This document shows, piece by piece, positions 38,550-46,056 of a stretch of DNA of 46,056 nucleotides (position 1 is the first letter of the stretch; each line of letters starts with the position of its first letter). A program made the translations under genes and the position numbers. Origin of the DNA: Welwitschia mirabilis (Eukaryota); assembly GCA_051453625.1 (NCBI GenBank), contig JBOZIK010000001.1, positions 32,177,742 through 32,223,797 of the forward strand. Direction: 5' to 3'. Under the pieces are notes generated by a model that was not told the DNA's origin, did no database searches, and was given only the letters and a program-made list of their open reading frames with translations.

Positions 38550-41050
38550 TTTTTGATTACACTAGCTGGGAAGGAGGAGGCTTTTTTAATTCATCCATTC
38601 TAGAGGAATGCCCAACCCAAATAGTATGAACTCCCTCTTCTCCCTTTATTTTAGAGAAAATGTCTATAAATGTTCTTCTAAGGATTCACATACACTTGAA
38701 AAGTTGATTTCTTTAGTCTTTTAAATGATCCAAATAATGGTTAGTGACTATGAAAAGACAAATGTCTTTTTTGAGGCCCTCATAAACATGGAGGAGCTTG
38801 TTTGATGTTCTCTAATGTTTTCCTTTTACTGCTTCACTCTTAGCATTGTTTATCTCCTCTAAGACTTGGTTGGACATCCTAGTGATTCTCTTCCATCCTT
38901 CTTCTGTCTTTTGTATAATCTCATCAATAACTTTTTCATAATTATCGAAGTAATCATATAGTTTTTTAGGATACAAGTGCATATTTATTAATACCTATAG
39001 TTTATCAATACCTATAGTTTCTCATTTCCAAATCCTATTATTTTTTCAAATAGGATTTGTAAAAGTTTGTTTTCATATAGCAAACTGCTATTTTTCTCTT
39101 TAAGTTTTTCAAATAAGTCTAGTTGGCTGTGAGGGATTAAACTTTCTTTAACAGAATTTGATATTTAATGCCTAATAACTTTCACATTCACTAGAGGCAT
39201 TTAATATAAAGAAATTTGCAAAATTCTTTTTTTAATTTGTGAAAATTCATTTTGCAATATTTTTATTAAACTATACTCAAACAAAGAATAATCAATTTGT
39301 GAAAATATTTGTGGAGTTGATTCCAATTTTTCTTTAAGAAAAGTAATATTTCTTTCTTGCATTTCAATTTTCTCTTACTTGGTCTACACGTGCTCTATAG
39401 CTTCTACCAATTTTTGTTTATATCTATTATTTTCTTCTTGAATTTTCATATATTTTTCATGCATTCTCCTCAAATCTAATATAAATTTCCTCTGAATATT
39501 CCTTTTTGAGTGGAAGGGATGAGTTTTTTATACATGAATGTAATAAAGTCTTTTTATTTTTTAATGTATTTAGCATCATAATGCTTATCTTGAGCCATAT
39601 TATTTAATAATTCTAACAAAAAACCTTCTTTGTTAGTGGAGGGGATCTATAGGTTCTCCCTTTTCTCTTTGATTTCTTACTCTAATTCTTTGATTTAAGC
39701 CTAAGCATTGTGTGAAAAGGAATCATCTACCCTTTCAGAGTTAAAATGATAGACTAATTTCTCTTCCAATTACTACTTTTCCTCCTTGTATTTATTATAC
39801 TTCCTTTGCTAAAATGAAATCTTATCTTTAAAAAATTCATTTTAAATTTATAAAATTTAATTATTTTCTTCATACTAAAATTTTCTTCTTAAAGCTGATT
39901 TTTCTCTAGAAGGAAGGTTGTTAAAGAATTTAGTATAGAACACAAAGAATACAACTTGTCAACTTTAAGTAATTTAGTAAAGGATTTGCTTTCTTGTTGT
40001 ATTCTTAGTTGCTTTAAAGTAAACAAATCTATTTGTTTCCTTTAAGGTTCTGAGCATTATATCTATATTTGAGTTATTGGTTGACTGGTTGAAGGTGCTT
40101 CCTCTATGCCTAAAGCACTAAAAGATGCCAAAATAGTAGCCTCAAACAATGATGTGATAGAGAATTTCATACTGATCCTATTCCTAGGAAAGAATTATGA
40201 AACATTATTACACAAAATAATTATTTAAACTAATGATGAAAATCCTAGTTAAACCTTTGTAAGTCCTATAGTATTCCTGGTTATAGAAACTAACTTATAA
40301 AAGTGTTAAAAATACTTTGTCTAATATCAATATTTTTACTCAAAGAATCTCTGATTACATATTCAAGTATGCTCCTAGTATATTTATTTCCTTTTGCTTA
40401 TTAATTATGAGGAACAAGTTTATGACATCACTATTGAAATAATGAATGCTTCTGAAATCCTTACCTTATTAATATCTACTTAATCATATTTATTTATAAT
40501 GTTATAAAAATGTTGTAGATATATAACAATGTCTTCATTCTTATGTATTTCTGGCAATAGTCTTCCATATGGGATGGTAACTTAAGAATAATTCTTAATT
40601 CATTTAGTAAAATTTAAAGTGGTATGTTATTAACTATTAAATATAACATTGGCATTTCTTTTGAAAACAACATATTTTTAGAAAAAGAGTAGACTTCCTC
40701 ATTACTATATTTCTTGAAAAAAGTTAACTAGTTCCACTAATTNNNNNNNNNNNNNNNNNNNNNNNNNNNNNNNNNNNNNNNNNNNNNNNNNNNNNNNNNN
40801 NNNNNNNNNNNNNNNNNNNNNNNNNNNNNNNNNNNNNNNNNNAACTAGTTCCACTAATTAAGTTTAATAACTCATTGTCTAAGCCTGGTAAAACTTGGGT
40901 CACTAAGACGTTTTTCAAATTTAACACTTGGTATGATCTTAACTTCTAGAAAAAAACATTTAAGATTTGGCTTTGAAGTTAATTTCTTTTCTATATGAAA
41001 TGCTTATGTAAGAATTTTTATTAAACTCCTCCTACTAACCCAACATTTTA
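38550..41050 (-). pseudogene. Long decayed extra ORF region of element D with a coiled-coil-like segment
   Basis: A minus-strand frame at ~39270-39449 reads MKIQEENNRYKQKLVEAIEHV*TK*EKIEMQERNITFLKEKLESTPQIFSQIDYSLFEYSL; the stops are consistent with CAG/CAA>TAG/TAA. The full extent is uncertain. Confidence 0.45.
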
Positions 41051-41435
41051 CTAAGGAAAAAATAAGATTCCTTAAAAATGAAAGCATATAATCACTACAA
41101 ATAATATTCTACTTTAAAATGTATAAAATGACATAATGAAATAGCATTTTACCTATAAAAAATATTATGGATGAGGTCTTCATGACACTTTTTAAATGCA
41201 AATAGAATTACTAAAAAATAAGAAGGAGAATCATATGCTAAAAACAAACTTCAAATAAAAATTCACCTATCAAGATGTTACATTTATATAATTTTCAAGC
41301 TTAATTTTCATGTGTTAAAGTATAATTTGTTATATCATCTATTGAAGGAGTATTTGAAGGTACCAAAGAGGGATTTGTTAAAATGTTCTATAAAAAAGTA
41401 TTTTTGTCTTGTCCTTGGATAGAGATCGAATATGG

Positions 41436-42345
41436 CTTCAAGCAATGACAATTACTCAAAAGATTTCTTTGAGTAGTAATTCCTTTCTCAAAGGGGATCT
41501 TTAAGAAATGACAATTACTTGAAAGGATCCTTTGAATGAGAAATGCTTCTTTAAAGGAGGTTTACAACAAAGACTAAGCTCAAAGGAGATCTTCAAGTAG
41601 CAAAGGTTCCTTGAAGGAATCCTTTAAGGAGTTATTGTTTAGGTTTCTTGAAGAGCTATCTATGCTTTTAATCCTTCCCAAACTCCCATTTATCATTCTT
41701 AAAATTAAAAGGAAACACCTTTTTATGAAGGAGGGTTTGATTAAAAATTAACTGTACATCACCTCAATTATGTAGTTCTTCATAATGGATCTTCAAGGAT
41801 TTTGAATAGGGTTTGAAAAGTAAGAAATAAATGAGGAGAAAGGGAAGGCTAAACTCATTCCTTTAGTTTTTCCCACTCAGTTCTAGGTAGAGCTCGAAGG
41901 AGATCTTTAAGCAACAATGGTTACTTAAAGAAGGTCTTCGAGCTTCCACTCAAAACATAAAGGGAATAGCAAAGAAAAGAGATCATAATATATTTTTAAA
42001 AATATCATCAAAGGGGGTTAGTCATCTATCAAAGGGGTATTCAATGGGTGACGTGTACCTTTCAACACATCATTAAAAGTATATTCTTAGCCTTTTTNNN
42101 NNNNNNNNNNNNNNNNNNNNNNNNNNNNNNNNNNNNNNNNNNNNNNNNNNNNNNNNNNNNNNNNNNNNNNNNNNNNNNNNNNNNNNNNNNNNNNNNNCAT
42201 AGCCTTTTTAAAGGATTCAAAAGAGGTCTTTAAGAAATAAAGATTACTTAAAGAGGGTTCTTCAAACTAGTAAAGCTAGCTACAGATCTTCAAACAACAA
42301 GAAGTTACTTGAAGGGGTTCTTTAAAATAACAAATATAGCTACAG
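41436..42345. repeat. Three clusters of a degenerate ~31-bp minisatellite with an internal inverted repeat
   Basis: Units such as ctcaaaggggatctttaagaaatgacaatta, ctcgaaggagatctttaagcaacaatggtta and cttgaaggggttctttaaaataacaa occur at ~41436-41630, ~41893-41943 and ~42217-42345. Confidence 0.8.
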
Positions 42346-44799
42346 ATAGGAGATAGAACATTTTTACAATTGGCATTTTTAATTAAGTTAAAAGAAATAA
42401 AGTTTTATTTAGAATTTTTTGGGTCAAATAAATTTCTTCTAATAGTTAAAAAATCAGCAGATCAAGTGCACCCTAAACTTACTTGAGTATGACATTATGA
42501 NNNNNNNNNNNNNNNNNNNNNNNNNNNNTATTTATATACTACAATGCCTTAATCAATTTAGCTTAACACAAATTTCATTATATGAATTAAGTTTTGTTGA
42601 TATCCAACTTAGATATGGCCTCTAACTCTGACAACCTACCAATCACTCCTACTACTCCTCCCCATGTAAAGAAGTCTAAGCACTAGTTATTTAGCTTTGA
42701 GTTTTCAAAGATAGAAATGATCATTACCAGTGTAGGTAAAAATTCTTTCCATATTTTAATTTAAAATGTCTATACTCCTAATCTTTCACCTTATAATTCA
42801 ATTTCTAAAGTTCTTACCACCTTGGATAAAATACTTCGAGAGAATGAAAGAAACTAGTTTAGTCATGGGGCAATTCCACTCTGTTTTGATCCCATAGTAC
42901 ATCACTTATGCATAGAATATTCAAGAATCTGGACTAATGAGTTGAGTTTTATCCTAACTGATGAATAGGTATGATGCTTCCCTAAGGTGGTTTATAAGCC
43001 AAATACAAGACTTAGAGTGAAGGGTATGACAAACTAAGGGTAAAATCCTAGCTTTTAGTCTTTCTGCTCTCTATTTTGATGAGGATCACTTGAAAAGATG
43101 GGGATCATGGGATGACTTAGCCTATTAGAACCTTTAGGATTTCCATATTATAGAAATTAGGATTCTAACTAATTTCCTATACTGTCAACATTTACTTCCT
43201 CTAATAAAAACTTCTTGCCAAAGGAGGTCTAGGAGGAAGAATAAGGGCTAATTCAATTGAGGTCTTATGAAATCAAGTTTAGCCATTCCTTTTCTAGCTA
43301 TGCCTACTACTTATCTAGCTTACCTACAATTACAGAACAATTGTTCTTTCTATTTAAAATTCTTTTATTATAAAACTCAAGGACTGTTATTATCTATGTT
43401 ATGGAATAAAAATTTTATTAAAAATAATTAGTTGTTTTTTATTTTAGTACTTATTTTTGTTATGCCAAATTATAGAAACTATTTGAATTTCAAGCTCTTT
43501 TATTCTCATAAGAATTAATTGCTTTAAAATAAATATAAAAAAGATACGTTTATTTAAATGTCTTAAATGTTAAAAAAACAATGATATCTTGTGTAACATC
43601 GCATTTATTTTGAGGTTCACTAAGTTTTAACAAAATANNNNNNNNNNNNNNNNNNNNNNNNNNNNNNNNNNNNNNNNNNNNNNNNNNNNNNNNNNNNNNN
43701 NNNNNNNNNNNNNNNNNNNNNNNNNNNNNNNNNNNNNNNNNNNNNNNNNNNNNNNNNNNNNNNNNNNNNNNNNNNNNNNNNNNNNNNNNNNNAAGGCCTC
43801 TTTTATGAATATTTACCTCAGTGTACTTATGATAGGACATTGTTCTTTTTCTTTTCAAATTTTTCTCTGTTTTTTTCCCCTCTTTTTTTTCTTTAGAGTT
43901 TAAAATAAATGATTCTATAGGTACACTTATTTTTCTTTAATCATCTAGTTATCATTATTATAGTAACCTATTCCTTTTTAAAGTCTTACTAATTTCTTAA
44001 AGAGAATTTCACTTAATAAAAAATTTCTATAATTTAAATAGCATCCATTTTTCTTTCTTAAAAGACAAACATTATTGTATGATAAAAGTTTTTTTTTTGT
44101 TTTCCCTAGAATAAAATGGTTAAGGAGGAAGATACAAGGGTATAATTCTTTCCACCTTATAAGGTTGTCTAATTTCTTCTAAGATTAAAACTTTAAGTTT
44201 TGATTTTATGATCATTTATTTAATATGTATCTTTAGTTTCCTCATTAAATACTTCCATCANNNNNNNNNNNNNNNNNNNNNNNNNNNNNNNNNNNNNNNN
44301 NNNNNNNNNNNNNNNNNNNNNNNNNNNNNNNNNNNNNNNNNNNNNNNNNNNNNNNNNNNNNNNNNNNNNNNNNNNNNNNNNNNNNNNNNNNNNNNNNNNN
44401 NNNNNNNNNNNNNNNNNNNNNNNNNNNNNNNNNNNNNNNNNNNNNNNNNNNNNNNNNNNNNNNNNNNNNNNNNNNNNNNNNNNNNNNNNNNNNNNNNNNN
44501 NNNNNNNNNNNNNNNNNNNNNNNNNNNNNNNNNNNNNNNNNNNNNNNNNNNNNNNNNNNNNNNNNNNNNNNNNNNNNNNNNNNNNNNNNNNNNATAAGAT
44601 GTGAAACATGTAATATTTTTTCAAGTCATCTTATAGGCCCATAATGCTTAAAAAATTTTATAGTCCTAATGAGTTTTTTTAGTGTTTACTATTTTAGTTA
44701 AAGTTTGGTTTATTTCTTTATTAGTGACCTTAGCTTGATCATTAGATTGGGGATGATAAGTAGAGAAGAGTTTATGATGGACCCCATACTGAGATAAAA

Positions 44800-45900
44800 T
44801 GTTTTCAAAGGATAACTAGTGAAATGGGTTTCGATTGATAGGATATTATGAGTTGTTTTACAGGTAAATTAGTAGATAAATGCTCAGTTTTCATTATAAT
44901 GAAGAACCAGGATAAGAAGAATGAAAACATGTAATTTCTAGATTAAATTATAAGCATTCTACTCAAATATCAATAATTAACATTTCAGATAATGATTTAT
45001 ATAAGCAACAAAGCGATCGAACTGACTAAAAGTNNNNNNNNNNCCTAATCGTCTGAACGTCATTAGTAAATGACATCTCTAAACTGAGTGATAAAAGGTT
45101 CACATGTAGATCACAAGCAATTAGACTGGGAGCTAAATAGATATCTAATTCTCATCCTTTGTCATCTCCTATATCATCCGGATGATAGTGAAGATGATAC
45201 TTTTTTCTCATACTTTTACCGAATGTTTTCCCAAGTTGTTGCCACTTCTTTGCAACTTTACTTTACATGTTAGCTAGGGTTTCTACTTACTTCTCTNNNN
45301 NNNNNNNNNNNNNNNNNNNNNNNNNNNNNNNNNNNNNNNNNNNNNNNNNNNNNNNNNNNNNNNNNNNNNNNNNNNNNNNNNNNNNNNNNNNNNNNNNNNN
45401 NNNNNNNNNNNNNNNNNNNNNNNNNNNNNNNNNNNNNNNNNNNNNNNNNNNNNNNNNNNNNNNNNNNNNNNNNNNNNNNNNNNNNNNNNNNNNNNNNNNN
45501 NNNNNNNNNNNNNNNNNNNNNNNNNNNNNNNNNNNNNNNNNNNNNNNNNNNNAGTTTATGTTGTTTAAGATTTAGTGACAGGTTTCTTCTATTATATAGA
45601 TTATAAGAGAAGCCTTTATGAAGGTGAGCTTGATTAGATTAGGTGCATTGTTATTTCTTTTCATAGATTAGTTTTACATCATTATTTTAATTCTATGCAT
45701 TGCAGTTCAATTCAATAGATTAAGGCTACATATTTCTATCTTGAAATCAACTCTATTATTTTTATACTATTAACATTCGATAGAATTACGATATTCAGAT
45801 CACTTCCAACTATAGTAGTGTGCTCTGTTTGTGTATCTTATTTGTAATTAACAGGAATTAGATCAAGGCATGAAAAATTGCGTAAATTCACACCACAACA
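44800..45900 (+). mobile_element. B-family LTR (3' or solo; left boundary approximate, contains gaps)
   Basis: Resembles the B LTR: tattatgagt.gtttt; cctaat(c/t)gtctgaa; atatagattat.a.g..a.cct; tagaatta.ga.att. It ends caccacaaca at 45900 and no PBS follows. Confidence 0.78.
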
Positions 45901-45910
45901 GCATATAAGG

Positions 45911-46056
45911 ATTGTCTTAAAATTAGTAGATACATTATTTAAGAAAGATTTAGGTGTGATTAAAGATTTAGTTATTCAAATAGAAAAATCATTCTATCCT
46001 ATTGATGTGGTTATGATAGAATTTGAACATAATGATGGTTATCCATTACTTATATG
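45911..46056 (+). pseudogene. pol: C-terminal protease fragment of another B-family element, continuing past the window
   Basis: IVLKLVDTLFKKDLGVIKDLVIQIEKSFYPIDVVMIEFEHNDGYPLLI is collinear with ~11255-11400 and ~26565-26710. Confidence 0.9.

Noticed and set aside
41436-42345. CRISPR-like appearance of palindromic ~31-bp repeats
   Set aside because: The units are degenerate and head-to-tail without unique 25-40 bp spacers, there are no cas genes, and the context is eukaryotic retrotransposon DNA.
42780-43330. GC-richer block that might be a gene or ORF fragment
   Set aside because: No long open frame appears in the ORF track and I recognised no motif; left unassigned.
9454-45575. Long ORFs in the supplied track composed mostly of X (e.g. 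9454-10163, 16769-17149, 31366-32521, 44208-44624, 45267-45575)
   Set aside because: They are artefacts of N gaps. The CVCV/HTHT stretches are translations of the (GT)n microsatellite.

Overview
Very AT-rich (roughly 70-75% by eye), CpG-depleted, gap-containing eukaryotic scaffold that looks like plant intergenic heterochromatin. I see no intact gene. The window is a stack of decayed, nested Ty3/gypsy LTR retrotransposons. Element A is an old minus-strand Athila-type element (3' LTR ~4791-6117, gag-protease ~31300-29100, probable 5' LTR ending at 33231). Element B is a full-length plus-strand element inserted into A (6817-21537; LTRs, PBS, PPT, gag, PR, RT, RH, INT, extra 3' ORF, TSD TAGCA/TAGTG). 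B itself carries a 2.15-kb solo LTR (11576-13730, ATCAT TSD). Element C is a 3'-truncated relative of B (22821-~27820). Further right are a tRNA-iMet-primed fragment (~36635), a second minus-strand Athila-type 3' end (element D, LTR 37339-38299) and another B-family LTR abutting a B-family protease fragment at the window end. The most unusual signal is a ~38-bp symmetric cassette, reconstructed as GTCGTC-N6-GTCGTC-N2-GACGAC-N6-GACGAC. It recurs at least 13 times in the LTRs, 5' UTR, protease-RT linker and 3' UTR of the B/C family. All alignments and translations were done by eye, so coordinates of decayed domains are approximate.
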